The notes beneath the pieces are model-generated. The model saw only the letters and a program-made list of their open reading frames with translations, did not search any database and was not told the origin of the DNA. Positions 18,042 to 27,454 of a DNA stretch of 64,000 bases are shown in pieces. Source of the DNA: Anaerolineales bacterium UBA3499 (GTDB taxonomy: Bacteria; Chloroflexota; Anaerolineae; Anaerolineales; UBA11657); assembly GCA_002377585.1 (NCBI GenBank), contig DFQC01000007.1, forward strand, positions 84,670-148,669, written 5' to 3'. Numbering within the stretch: position 1 is the first letter of the stretch; every line of letters begins with the position of its first letter. The translations under genes were made by a program, and so were the position numbers.

Positions 18042-18111
18042 ATTCTTGATTAGTGAATGTGGTAGTAAAATAAATTAGTGAAGAATCAAAAAAATATACA
18101 GGAGTATCTCA

Positions 18112-19410
18112 GTGAATTACTCGACTACTGAAGTTCCCGAAGGAAGCAAAATTGAGATGGTTGATGGAGCATTACATGTTCCTAGCAATCCTATTGTGCC
18201 GTTTGTGGAAGGAGATGGTATAGGGCCTGACATCTGGAGAGCATCTCGCCGGATACTGGATTCTGCTGTGTCATTTGCTTATGGTGATCAACGAAAGATA
18301 TCGTGGATGGAAGTGTTTGCGGGCCAGAAGGCATTTGATAAATTTGATGAGTGGCTTCCTGAAGACACTGTACATGCTTTTCGTGAGTTTTTGGTTGGGA
18401 TTAAAGGTCCTCTTACAACACCCGTGGGTGGTGGTATAAGGTCGTTGAATGTTGCTTTGCGGCAGCAACTTGATCTTTATGTTTGCCAACGACCAGTACG
18501 CTGGTTTAGTGGTGTGCCTTCTCCAGTGAAGGATCCTCAGCGTGTGAATATGGTTATATTTCGAGAGAATACTGAAGACATATATGCTGGTATTGAATTT
18601 GAAGAAGGTACAGAAGAGGTAAGTATTTTTCAGAATTTGTTAAAAGAGTCTTTTCCAGAGATGTCTGACAAGATTCGATTTCCGAAAACTAGTGGCATTG
18701 GCATCAAGCCTATTTCAATTGAGGGTACAGAAAGGTTAGTGAGGGCTGCTATTAAATATGCTGTAGACAATGGTCGTAAAAGTGTCACTATGGTCCACAA
18801 GGGCAACATTATGAAGTTCACTGAAGGTGCTTTCCGCAATTGGGGATATGAACTTGCTGAACGTGAGTTTTCCTCTGAGACATATACATGGAACCAATGG
18901 GAGCATACAAAATCCAATAATGGTGAGGCTGCTGCTAATGCCGAACAAGATGAAGCTATTGCTTCTGGTAAGATCGTAATTAAGGATACTATTGCTGATA
19001 TTACATTGCAGCAGGTCCTTACACGTCCAGATGAGTTTGACGTAATTGCTACTATGAATTTAAATGGTGATTATCTGTCTGATGCATTGGCAGCGCAAGT
19101 CGGTGGCATAGGTATTGCTCCTGGGGGCAATATCAATTACAGTACAGGTGTAGCTGTGTTTGAGGCCACACATGGCACTGCTCCGAAATATACAGGTCAG
19201 GACAAAGTCAACCCAGGCTCAGTGACGTTATCTGGAGAGATGATGTTACGTTACATGGGTTGGACAGAAGCTGCTGACCTGATTATTAAGGGTGTGAGTG
19301 GTGCAATTAAATCCAGGACTGTGACCTATGATTTTCATAGATTAATGGAAGGTGCAACTTTGCTTAAATGTTCTGAATTTGGCGACGCAGTCATTTCTCA
19401 CATGAGTTAG
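18112..19410 (+). CDS. icd: Isocitrate dehydrogenase (NADP-type, homodimeric family)
   Basis: 432 aa. GTG start preceded by AGGAG. Conserved blocks: [53 protein letters not shown] and HGTAPKY.G. Confidence 0.9.
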   Translation: MNYSTTEVPEGSKIEMVDGALHVPSNPIVPFVEGDGIGPDIWRASRRILDSAVSFAYGDQRKISWMEVFAGQKAFDKFDEWLPEDTVHAFREFLVGIKGPLTTPVGGGIRSLNVALRQQLDLYVCQRPVRWFSGVPSPVKDPQRVNMVIFRENTEDIYAGIEFEEGTEEVSIFQNLLKESFPEMSDKIRFPKTSGIGIKPISIEGTERLVRAAIKYAVDNGRKSVTMVHKGNIMKFTEGAFRNWGYELAEREFSSETYTWNQWEHTKSNNGEAAANAEQDEAIASGKIVIKDTIADITLQQVLTRPDEFDVIATMNLNGDYLSDALAAQVGGIGIAPGGNINYSTGVAVFEATHGTAPKYTGQDKVNPGSVTLSGEMMLRYMGWTEAADLIIKGVSGAIKSRTVTYDFHRLMEGATLLKCSEFGDAVISHMS

Positions 19411-19440
19411 CTGTTATAAGGTTATTACAATAATTTACTA

Positions 19441-20448
19441 ATGGACAATACACAAATTTTCATTATAGCTGTGGTAGTTATTGCAGTATTTACTATAGGT
19501 GGTGGGGTTGCATTAGCAATTAGTCTGTATCAAGCCAACCGTTTGATCATTGAAACTGTTTCAGTGCCGCGTTCCGATATCGTGCAGGATCATGGAGGTC
19601 ACGTATCAGGTTTGGGTGAGACTACGCGTGCAGACAAGTGGTGGATTGAGCCGTTATGGACTGGTTTCGGATTTCTATGTTTTGTAGCTTATGCTAATTG
19701 GGCCGGATTTCAGGGGGAACATTATTGGCATGGGTCATATTTGTCACCTTTCTATTCGCCAGTTTTGTTTGTTGATTTGTCTCGTGTTGGAGCTGCTCCA
19801 TTAGAGCATGCGTGGTTTGGTATTTGGCCTGATTGGATTAGGCAAATTTGGCCTCCATTTTTCCCGACTTCACCAGCTTGGTTGATATTAGCGGGCCCGC
19901 TTGCTTTTCGTTTGACATGTTATTACTATCGTAAGTTTTACTACCGCTCATATTTTTTGAGTCCTCCAGGATGTGCTGTTGGAGCTATGCCAAGTAATAT
20001 AGTGGCTGGTCCGACTGGGACCAAGCAGTACAAAGGTGAAACAGGATTATTTATCTTTCAAAACATTCATCGCTACACGTGGTATCTGGCTGTTGTATAT
20101 ATAGGTATTCTTTCATGGGATGCATTTATATCGTTGTGGGAGGGTGGAGAAGTCTTTCATGGGCGTATTGGTATAGGAGTTGGATCATTTGTGTTGTTTT
20201 TGAATCCATTGCTATTAGCCACTTATACATTTGGATGTCACTCATGTAGGCACTTAGTAGGCGGCAGAAAAAATTCTTTCTCTGGCAAGATTGGTGCACG
20301 CATTAGATTCAGCTTGTGGAAGAAAGTGACCTGGCTAAATCAGCGGCACATGTTGTTTGCATGGCTCAGTATGATATGGGTGGGATTCAGTGATTTTTAT
20401 GTACGTATGTGTTCCATGGGTATTATCAATGATATTAACACCTGGTAG
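19441..20448 (+). CDS. Putative single membrane-anchor subunit of succinate dehydrogenase/fumarate reductase (non-SdhC/D type)
   Basis: 335 aa, hydrophobic and Trp/Tyr-rich, ending 14 nt upstream of sdhA on the same strand. Assigned mainly by context and by resemblance in size and organisation to actinobacterial three-gene SDH clusters. Contains CHSCRH (20236-20253). Confidence 0.55.
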   Translation: MDNTQIFIIAVVVIAVFTIGGGVALAISLYQANRLIIETVSVPRSDIVQDHGGHVSGLGETTRADKWWIEPLWTGFGFLCFVAYANWAGFQGEHYWHGSYLSPFYSPVLFVDLSRVGAAPLEHAWFGIWPDWIRQIWPPFFPTSPAWLILAGPLAFRLTCYYYRKFYYRSYFLSPPGCAVGAMPSNIVAGPTGTKQYKGETGLFIFQNIHRYTWYLAVVYIGILSWDAFISLWEGGEVFHGRIGIGVGSFVLFLNPLLLATYTFGCHSCRHLVGGRKNSFSGKIGARIRFSLWKKVTWLNQRHMLFAWLSMIWVGFSDFYVRMCSMGIINDINTW

Positions 20449-20462
20449 AGGTTTTTCATAAT

Positions 20463-22298
20463 ATGAATATGGATATATCTGAAATTCAGACATTTGATCA
20501 TGATGTGGTTGTTATAGGGGCTGGTGGAGCAGGACTTAGAGCTGCCATAGAATGTTCTGCCCAAGGCCTAAATACTGGGATGATTTGTAAATCATTACTG
20601 GGAAAGGCACATACAGTTATGGCTGAGGGTGGTGCCGCAGCTTCGTTGGGTCATACAGATGAGCGCGATAATTGGAAGGTCCATTTTAGAGATACGATGC
20701 GGGGTGGTAAGTTTCTTAATCAGTGGAGAATGGCTGAGCTACATGCGCAGCATGCGGCGGATAGAATTAGAGAGCTTGAGGAATGGGGTGCTGTGTTTGA
20801 TCGTACGTCCGATGGATACATTAATCAACGTCCTTTTGGAGGCCATCGCTACCCTAGACTTGCTCATACAGGTGACCGTACGGGCCTTGAGATTATCCGC
20901 ACTTTGCAGGATTATGGAATTCACCAAGGTATACATGTCCATCAGGAGTGTACTGCACTAAAACTCTTGAAAGATTCGGGCAAAATAAGCGGGGTTTTTG
21001 GGTATTGGAGGGATACAGGTCGCTTTGTGTTGTTTCGAACCAAGGCAGTAATTATGGCCACTGGCGGCGCTGGAAAAATCTGGCGTGTTACAAGTAACTC
21101 TTGGGAATACACTGGAGACGGAATGGAAATGGCTTACAGCGCTGGTGCAGAATTGATTGATATGGAATTTGCTCAGTTTCACCCGACTGGAATGATTTGG
21201 CCACTAAGTGTACGTGGGATATTAGTTACTGAAGGTGTGCGTGGCGAGGGTGGTATTCTTCTAAATAGTAACAATGAAAGGTTTATGTTTAATTACACTC
21301 CTGACCGTTTTAAAGAAGAAACTGCTGATTCTCCCGAAGAAGCACAGCGATGGTTGGATGGAGATGCAAGTGCTCGTAGACCCCCTGAGTTGTTGACTCG
21401 TGACGTTGTAGCAAAGTCTATTATGAAGGAGGTTGAAGCGGGTCGTGGATCTGCTCATGGAGGGGCTTATTTGGATATTGCTAGCAGAAGAGATGGTGAA
21501 TACATAAAACGTAAATTGCCGAGCATGTATCATCAATTTAAGGAACTAGCTGAGGTTGACATTACTAATGAAAGAATGGAGGTAGGACCTACGCTCCATT
21601 ATATGATGGGAGGTATAGCGGTAGATGGTGATACTCAGATGACTGCTGTGCCAGGACTATTTGCTTGTGGAGAATGTACTGGTGGCATGCATGGTGCTAA
21701 TCGTCTTGGTGGTAATTCGCTTAGTGACTTACTAGTTTTTGGTTGGCTTGCAGGAAAAGGAGCAAAGGATTATGTTAGTCAGCTATCGAGACCATTGCAG
21801 ATAGACCCTGAACATGTTGAGGAAGCAAGGCGCGAAGCAGTAGGGCCATTGAATCAAGAAGGTGGAGAAAACCCCTATCTTTTGCACGAAGAGTTACAAA
21901 ACATTATGAATGATGTGAATATAGTCCGTACTGCTGCTGGTTTGCAGCGAGCTATAGAGTCACTACAGGAATTAAAGCCCAAGTTAGCCAATATATATGC
22001 TGCTGGATCAAGTCAATATAATCCAGGATGGAATCAAGCTTTATCAATGCGTCCCATGTTTGTGGTAGCTGAAGCAGTAGCTAGGGCCGCACTCATACGT
22101 GAGGAAAGTCGTGGAGCTCATACGAGATTAGATTTTGAAGGAGAACGTGAAGAGTGGGGCAATATTAATATAATGATATGTCAGAATGCTGATGGCTCTA
22201 TGGACACTAGGAAAGTTGATAGGAATGCTCCTCCAGACCATTTAGCTGAAATTGCTTATTCAAATCTAGAAGATTTGGAGGGAGGAGTTCATGTCTGA
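20463..22298 (+). CDS. sdhA: Succinate dehydrogenase/fumarate reductase flavoprotein subunit
   Basis: 611 aa. Has VVVIGAGGAGLRAA FAD-binding fold, the AHTVMAEGG covalent-FAD His motif, HYMMGGI, and RLGGNSL and EESRGAHTR active-site blocks. Confidence 0.9.
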   Translation: MNMDISEIQTFDHDVVVIGAGGAGLRAAIECSAQGLNTGMICKSLLGKAHTVMAEGGAAASLGHTDERDNWKVHFRDTMRGGKFLNQWRMAELHAQHAADRIRELEEWGAVFDRTSDGYINQRPFGGHRYPRLAHTGDRTGLEIIRTLQDYGIHQGIHVHQECTALKLLKDSGKISGVFGYWRDTGRFVLFRTKAVIMATGGAGKIWRVTSNSWEYTGDGMEMAYSAGAELIDMEFAQFHPTGMIWPLSVRGILVTEGVRGEGGILLNSNNERFMFNYTPDRFKEETADSPEEAQRWLDGDASARRPPELLTRDVVAKSIMKEVEAGRGSAHGGAYLDIASRRDGEYIKRKLPSMYHQFKELAEVDITNERMEVGPTLHYMMGGIAVDGDTQMTAVPGLFACGECTGGMHGANRLGGNSLSDLLVFGWLAGKGAKDYVSQLSRPLQIDPEHVEEARREAVGPLNQEGGENPYLLHEELQNIMNDVNIVRTAAGLQRAIESLQELKPKLANIYAAGSSQYNPGWNQALSMRPMFVVAEAVARAALIREESRGAHTRLDFEGEREEWGNINIMICQNADGSMDTRKVDRNAPPDHLAEIAYSNLEDLEGGVHV

Positions 22299-23052
22299 GT
22301 ATACCTTTCGAATATGGCGAGGCGACTCAGATAGTGGTGAATTTGTTGACTACAAAACTGAAGTAGATGATGGCATGGTTGTGCTTGATGTTTTACATAG
22401 AATTCAAGCTCAGCAAGCAGGTGATATGGCTTTGCGTTGGAATTGTAAGGCAGGAAAATGTGGTTCATGTGGGATGGAAGTTAATGGCAAACCGCAATTG
22501 GCTTGTATGACGCGTATGAACACATATCTTGAAGAAGATGTTATTACGGTACAGCCGCTCAAAACCTTTCCCGTTATTAAAGATTTAGTGTGTGATGTTT
22601 CATGGAACTACGAGCAAAATTTAAAAATCAAACCCTTTAAGCCTGGACCCACTGATCCTGATGGTAGATATCGAATGAGTCAGGAAGATGTCGATCGTGT
22701 GCAGGAGTTTCGTAAATGTATAGAGTGCTATCTATGTCAAGATGTGTGTCATGTTTTGCGTGATCATAATCGTAAAGATGTATTTGTTGGCCCAAGATTT
22801 ATGATTCGGGCTGCTGGTTTAGATATGCATCCTCTAGATGTTGAAGATCGTATCCCTGATATACGTGATGAGTTTGGGTCTGGATATTGTAATATTACCC
22901 GATGTTGCACTGATGTGTGTCCCGAAAACATTACTATCACAGATAATGCCATCATACCTCTAAAAGAGCGAGTTGCTGACAGATATTATGATCCCATTAT
23001 TTGGCTAAGTAGTAAGGTTTCTGGTCTTTTCCAGAATGATTCTAAAATCTAG
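22291..23052 (+). CDS. sdhB: Succinate dehydrogenase/fumarate reductase iron-sulfur subunit
   Basis: 253 aa. Cys clusters CKAGKCGSCGMEVNGKPQLAC, CIECYLCQDVC and CNITRCCTDVCP. Overlaps the sdhA stop by 8 nt. Confidence 0.9.
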   Translation: MSEYTFRIWRGDSDSGEFVDYKTEVDDGMVVLDVLHRIQAQQAGDMALRWNCKAGKCGSCGMEVNGKPQLACMTRMNTYLEEDVITVQPLKTFPVIKDLVCDVSWNYEQNLKIKPFKPGPTDPDGRYRMSQEDVDRVQEFRKCIECYLCQDVCHVLRDHNRKDVFVGPRFMIRAAGLDMHPLDVEDRIPDIRDEFGSGYCNITRCCTDVCPENITITDNAIIPLKERVADRYYDPIIWLSSKVSGLFQNDSKI

Positions 23053-23122
23053 TGTTGAAAGCGCCTTCTCCGTTGTGGCTGTATATTTACTATGATTACA
23101 TATTAGTTTTAAGGGCAAATTT

Positions 23123-23195
23123 ACCCCGGTAGCTCAAATGGAAGAGCGAGGCTCTCCTAAAGCCTAGGTTAGGGGTTCGAGTCCCTTCCGGGGTA
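23123..23195 (+). tRNA. tRNA-Arg (anticodon CCU)
   Basis: Hand-folded cloverleaf. Acceptor ACCCCGG/CCGGGGU, D arm GCUC-AAAUGGAA-GAGC, anticodon arm AGGCU-CU[CCU]AA-AGCCU, T arm AGGGG-UUCGAGU-CCCUU, discriminator A. CCA is not encoded. Confidence 0.85.
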
Positions 23196-23211
23196 CAAGT
23201 TTGTAAATTTG

Positions 23212-24507
23212 TTAATGTTTTACTGTACTTTCTGTCAGTACTGCTAAGAGTTGATCTAATTCGTCGATAGTATTGTAGTGTGCTGCTCCAACTCTGATCA
23301 TGCCCCCGGTTTTTTCTAGACCTAATTGGTTTATTATTTCAATAGCATAATAGTGTCCATCCCAAACGAAGATATTATTCTCGCCCATGATTTGGGCAAT
23401 TTGCTTAGGATGATGTCCTTGTACAGTGAAAGATACTGTTGGAACACGTTCGTCAATTCGTTGTATGTCAGTAATACCATGAATGCTCACCCCCGATATT
23501 TTTTGCAGTCCTTCAATTAAGTGTACGCTGAGTTTTTGTTCATACTCTTGAATAGCAGCCATACCACAATGCATATGTAGACTACGATTAGAAATATTAG
23601 GAAATTTACTGGCATATTTACGACCAAATTGTTTGCCTATCCATTCGATATGTTCGAGTGCTCCCAATGTTCCTGCCTGACCTTCATGGCTTTGAGTTCC
23701 ACTTTCAAATTTGTGAGGGGGATTGTTTTCAGCTGGGCGTACTTTGTATGGTGGCAGTTTGTCAAGCAATTCATATTTACCCCAGAGCACGCCTTGATGA
23801 GGTCCGAAGAATTTGTATGGACTACACACCAGAAAATCAGCACCAAGATCTTTAACATCTATAGGAGCATGGGGTGCATATTGTACTGCATCAACAAACA
23901 CAAGTGCGCCTACAGAGTGTGCTAAAGAAGTGATTTTCTTGATCGGGTTTATTGTACCTACTGAATTAGATGCATAACCAACCGCTACTAATTTGGTTTT
24001 ATTGGTGATTGTTTTTTTAAAATCCTCCAAATTAAGAGTGCAGTCTCTTGGATTAAAGTCTATCCAGCGTATCTTCGCACCAGTTTCGTTTGAGAGTTGC
24101 AACCATGGCGAAATGTTTCCGTCGTGATCTAGGCGTGTAACTATAATCTCATGCTCGGGTTTTATCCATTTTGCTAATGATCGCGCAATTGCAAAAGTAA
24201 GACTGGTCATATTCTGACCAAAGACAATTTCACGGTCACTATCTGCATTGAGGAACTCAGACATCGCGCGTCGAGTGTCAAGTAAAACCGATTCGGTGTC
24301 TATAGAGGTACGGAAAGATCCTCCACGATTAGCATTGTTGTTAATTAGATAATCTTGTATTTTGTCTAGACTAGCTTTACATATTTGTGTACCACCTGGA
24401 TTGTCCAGATATATTCGGTTTATATTATCGTCCTTTATGGCAAGAGACGGGAACCTGGCGCGAATCGTGGTTATATTGTATTCATCATCAGCAAACATGT
24501 GACCCAT
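23212..24507 (-). CDS. Class-V PLP-dependent aminotransferase, cysteine desulfurase-like family
   Basis: 431 aa. Fold-type I pattern with NSVGTINPI, VDAVQYAPH and the PLP-lysine context SPYKFFGPHQG. Confidence 0.8.
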   Translation of the reverse strand: MGHMFADDEYNITTIRARFPSLAIKDDNINRIYLDNPGGTQICKASLDKIQDYLINNNANRGGSFRTSIDTESVLLDTRRAMSEFLNADSDREIVFGQNMTSLTFAIARSLAKWIKPEHEIIVTRLDHDGNISPWLQLSNETGAKIRWIDFNPRDCTLNLEDFKKTITNKTKLVAVGYASNSVGTINPIKKITSLAHSVGALVFVDAVQYAPHAPIDVKDLGADFLVCSPYKFFGPHQGVLWGKYELLDKLPPYKVRPAENNPPHKFESGTQSHEGQAGTLGALEHIEWIGKQFGRKYASKFPNISNRSLHMHCGMAAIQEYEQKLSVHLIEGLQKISGVSIHGITDIQRIDERVPTVSFTVQGHHPKQIAQIMGENNIFVWDGHYYAIEIINQLGLEKTGGMIRVGAAHYNTIDELDQLLAVLTESTVKH

Positions 24508-24587
24508 ATCTTATTATATCAGTTCATAATTGAAGGTTTAGAAACAATGTTGTTAACTAAATTGTTCATATTGGGATATATTAATTT

Positions 24588-25511
24588 GTGTGGATTAGAC
24601 CTGTCAAGTTTTGCCCTATGCTAAAATTAGTTGCCATGGGTGGTCGCCGGATAGACCTAAATTCAGCCGATCTGTCAGTTATTTTACAGGAAACGGTATT
24701 AGATACACGTAAGGCGGAGGTCCTAATTGATGCAAGACCATTTTGGGACTACTCTGAACTGCGTATGCTGCCTGGTTTCGGAAAAAAGACATTACTGAAA
24801 CTTGCTGACGTTGCAACAGTTGTCCCTCCCCAACCCATCAATATAAATATGTGTAGTGTGGCAGATCTGCAATCGATTCCAGGGATAGGAGCTGTACTGG
24901 CACGTCGTATTGTAGAGGACCGACCATATGATAGTTTGGAGGATGTAGCACTGGTAAAAGGAGTTAGTACTAATGTAATGCATGTGTTGCGACAGCGCTC
25001 TGTGGTAATTATTGCAGTTAACAATAATCTCACAGAATCTGATTGGTCTGATACAAGTGCACTGGATATAAATAATTGTGACAAAGAATTGTTATTGCAG
25101 CTACGTGGAGTAGGCCCTAAAATTGCCGAGAGTATAGTCTCCAATCGACCATTCGATTATATTGATGATTTGCGGGACGTAAAAGGGGTTGGTGCAAGTC
25201 TATTCGAAAAGCTAGATAATTTATGTGTAGTGTCATCTACAGTTGTCCATGATATGCAGGCTGAATTTGTTGAGGAAGATACATGGTTTGCTGAAGGAGA
25301 CTTTGAAAATCCTAGTTTTGAATCAAATACAGCCTTGCCACAAGTTGCTAATCCGGTAATGTCACTTGTAGCTTATGAAGCTGCAGTAGACCAGGAGATA
25401 CGTAGAAGAATCCCATTGTTGTTGTCGGGTTGGATAGTAGCTATCGTAATAATTGTTGGGTTGTTTGTGTTAGGAAAAAATGAAATTGTTAGCTTTAATT
25501 GGCCTTGGTAA
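24588..25511 (+). CDS. Membrane-tethered protein with three ComEA-like helix-hairpin-helix repeats and one C-terminal TM segment
   Basis: 307 aa from the GTG at 24588 (alternative ATG at 24618). Repeats: IDLNSADLSVILQ..., ININMCSVADLQSIPGIGAVLARRIVEDRPYDSLEDVALVKGVS and LDINNCDKELLLQLRGVGPKIAESIVSNRPFDYIDDLRDVKGVGASLFEKL. The single TM segment IPLLLSGWIVAIVIIVGLFVLG is preceded by RRR. Confidence 0.6.
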   Translation: MWIRPVKFCPMLKLVAMGGRRIDLNSADLSVILQETVLDTRKAEVLIDARPFWDYSELRMLPGFGKKTLLKLADVATVVPPQPININMCSVADLQSIPGIGAVLARRIVEDRPYDSLEDVALVKGVSTNVMHVLRQRSVVIIAVNNNLTESDWSDTSALDINNCDKELLLQLRGVGPKIAESIVSNRPFDYIDDLRDVKGVGASLFEKLDNLCVVSSTVVHDMQAEFVEEDTWFAEGDFENPSFESNTALPQVANPVMSLVAYEAAVDQEIRRRIPLLLSGWIVAIVIIVGLFVLGKNEIVSFNWPW

Positions 25512-25538
25512 AATCTCGGATCGGCTAAATATATTCTG

Positions 25539-27392
25539 ATGACTCCTAGATCTCGCAAGATTGATATAAACAGTGCTTCATTGAGTACTCTAACCCAGGT
25601 GCCTCAAGTAGGTCCGGCTCTTGCTAGTGAAATAATTGCTGCTCGTCCATATGCGCGTCTTTCGGATCTCAAGTTGGTCTCTGGTGTAGGTGAAAAGCTT
25701 TACATTATTCTCAAAGGTTATTTGCGCGTTTCTGCAGATAGTGTCGAGAACGAATCGAACACAAGTGATAATGCTTCTTCATCATCTTCGGTGATGTCAG
25801 GCAAGTTAGATGTAAACAAGGCTTCGATAGAGGAATTACAAGGTGTACCAGGAATTGGACTGGCGTTGGCAGAGACTATTGTGGCGGGCAGGCCATACGG
25901 TCGTTTACCAGATTTGCAGAATGTTGCCGGCATAGGACACAAGTTGTATGCAGGATTACGAAAATATTTGCGTGTCCCAATTGATAGTAGTTTATCAGAT
26001 ACTAAGAATCCGTCACCATCAAAGTCTAGTCTGGAAACTCAATATAGTTCATCTACCACTCAATTTGATCATATTCCCACTATGCCGTCTTTTGAGGAAA
26101 GCAGCGGTTCGCTAATTAATGTTTCTGATGAGTTGGATGTTACATCAAAGGAGACTGATCCTGTGGAGGTTAATACAGTACAGGAACTCATTGGGCCACC
26201 AATTGTAGATGGTAGTCCAATGAGGGCTGAATCGGAAACATCAGAAACAGTATCTTTGGATTCTGTCAAAATAGTAAACAGGGAATTACGGTCCAATTGG
26301 CAACCAGTTAATATCGCTATCAGACCTTATAGACGTAAAAGGCGATGGAAATTACTTGCTGCAATGGTAATTGCTGGCATCATTCTAGGTCTGTTTCAGA
26401 CCTATGGCTTGTTGGGAAATTTACTAGGTGCGGTAAATCTAAATCCGATGCAGCTATTGTCATTTGTAATTGATCAACAAGTGGATGAGCAAGTGGTTGT
26501 AGTCAATACACAAGAAGACAAATTACAAGTTGTCGGTGTATCTACAATACCAGGAAAAACAGTGGTATCAAGTCAGGTGGCGCAAATTCAACCAACGTTA
26601 ACTGCAGTGGTTGTCGAGCCATCACCTGTGATTAAGGCGACTTCTGAAAGTACACAGACTGTCTCTGAAATAGCATCAGTTATCTCAACTGCTACAGTTG
26701 TAACAATCCCTACAGCAACCCCAATTCCGAGCGCTACTGCAACTCAACTACCCACCCCTACAAAGACTATTCCAATTCCAGAAAGTGTACGCAAGATTGG
26801 TCCGAATGTTGTTCCGAAATCCGTGCTTTGGAAGGAGGAATTTGAACCACTAAGGTTTGCAGATTGGGGAACGGAAGATTCGAAGAATTTTTATTCAGCA
26901 ATAGAGGATGGTGTTTTCAGGCTCATCACAAAGAGTCGTGGCAAGCGATTTTATTCTTCAGCATCACCGCAATTAGATATGGTGGGACGTGATTATTACT
27001 ATGAAGGTGATGTTATAGTGGACGATTGTACAGGAAATGATTTTTACGGATTGGTTTTTAAAGCAAGCCTAGATATAGATGAGTTTTTTGCGGCTACTAT
27101 AACATGCGTAGGGAATTATAGATTGATCAGGAGGGCCGATGGTTTTACCGATTTCTTGCGTATAGCAGTTTCGGATGTCGTACCACCGGGACCCGGTACT
27201 TATCGTCTTGGGATTCTCGTGAAGAGCGATAGCTTTACCTTGTATGTTGATGGTGTCGAGGTTTATACACAAGCCTCAAAAGATCTAGGGAAAGTTGTTT
27301 CTGGCGAATTTGGAATTTATGCACAATCAGTTGAATCTGAAGAGTTAAGAGTGAATTGGGACAATCTTGTTGCGACTGAAATCGAACGCTGA
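25539..27392 (+). CDS. Bitopic membrane protein: two N-terminal ComEA-like HhH repeats, Ser/Thr-rich linker, one TM, Pro/Thr-rich linker, C-terminal ~190-aa probable beta-sandwich domain
   Basis: 617 aa. Repeats: IDINSASLSTLTQVPQVGPALASEIIAARPYARLSDLKLVSGVGEKLY...YLRV and LDVNKASIEELQGVPGIGLALAETIVAGRPYGRLPDLQNVAGIGHKLY...YLRV. The TM WKLLAAMVIAGIILGLFQTYGLLG (about 26347-26415) is preceded by RPYRRKRR. PT-rich stretch at about 26695-26785. Confidence 0.6.
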   Translation: MTPRSRKIDINSASLSTLTQVPQVGPALASEIIAARPYARLSDLKLVSGVGEKLYIILKGYLRVSADSVENESNTSDNASSSSSVMSGKLDVNKASIEELQGVPGIGLALAETIVAGRPYGRLPDLQNVAGIGHKLYAGLRKYLRVPIDSSLSDTKNPSPSKSSLETQYSSSTTQFDHIPTMPSFEESSGSLINVSDELDVTSKETDPVEVNTVQELIGPPIVDGSPMRAESETSETVSLDSVKIVNRELRSNWQPVNIAIRPYRRKRRWKLLAAMVIAGIILGLFQTYGLLGNLLGAVNLNPMQLLSFVIDQQVDEQVVVVNTQEDKLQVVGVSTIPGKTVVSSQVAQIQPTLTAVVVEPSPVIKATSESTQTVSEIASVISTATVVTIPTATPIPSATATQLPTPTKTIPIPESVRKIGPNVVPKSVLWKEEFEPLRFADWGTEDSKNFYSAIEDGVFRLITKSRGKRFYSSASPQLDMVGRDYYYEGDVIVDDCTGNDFYGLVFKASLDIDEFFAATITCVGNYRLIRRADGFTDFLRIAVSDVVPPGPGTYRLGILVKSDSFTLYVDGVEVYTQASKDLGKVVSGEFGIYAQSVESEELRVNWDNLVATEIER

Positions 27393-27454
27393 ATAGCGTT
27401 ACAGTAATTCCGACAATTGCTTTAAAGGACAGATTAATTATTTCGAATAATAGA

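Noticed and set aside
18041-18087. GATTCTT ... AAGAATC inverted repeat and duplicated ATTAGTGAA between the DsbA-like gene and icd, considered as a terminator or operator
   Set aside because: The 7-bp AU-rich arms are separated by a 33-nt loop and followed by an A-run rather than a U-run on the coding strand, so it is not a credible intrinsic terminator. The short repeats are unremarkable in AT-rich DNA.
24749-25144. 131-aa minus-strand ORF, and similar antisense or out-of-frame ORFs at 27235-27615, 29205-29543, 31749-32108, 20629-20961, 3704-4033 and 16986-17333
   Set aside because: Each overlaps a confidently recognised gene on the other strand or in another frame. None has a recognisable domain, and the composition is that expected of a reverse-complement reading.
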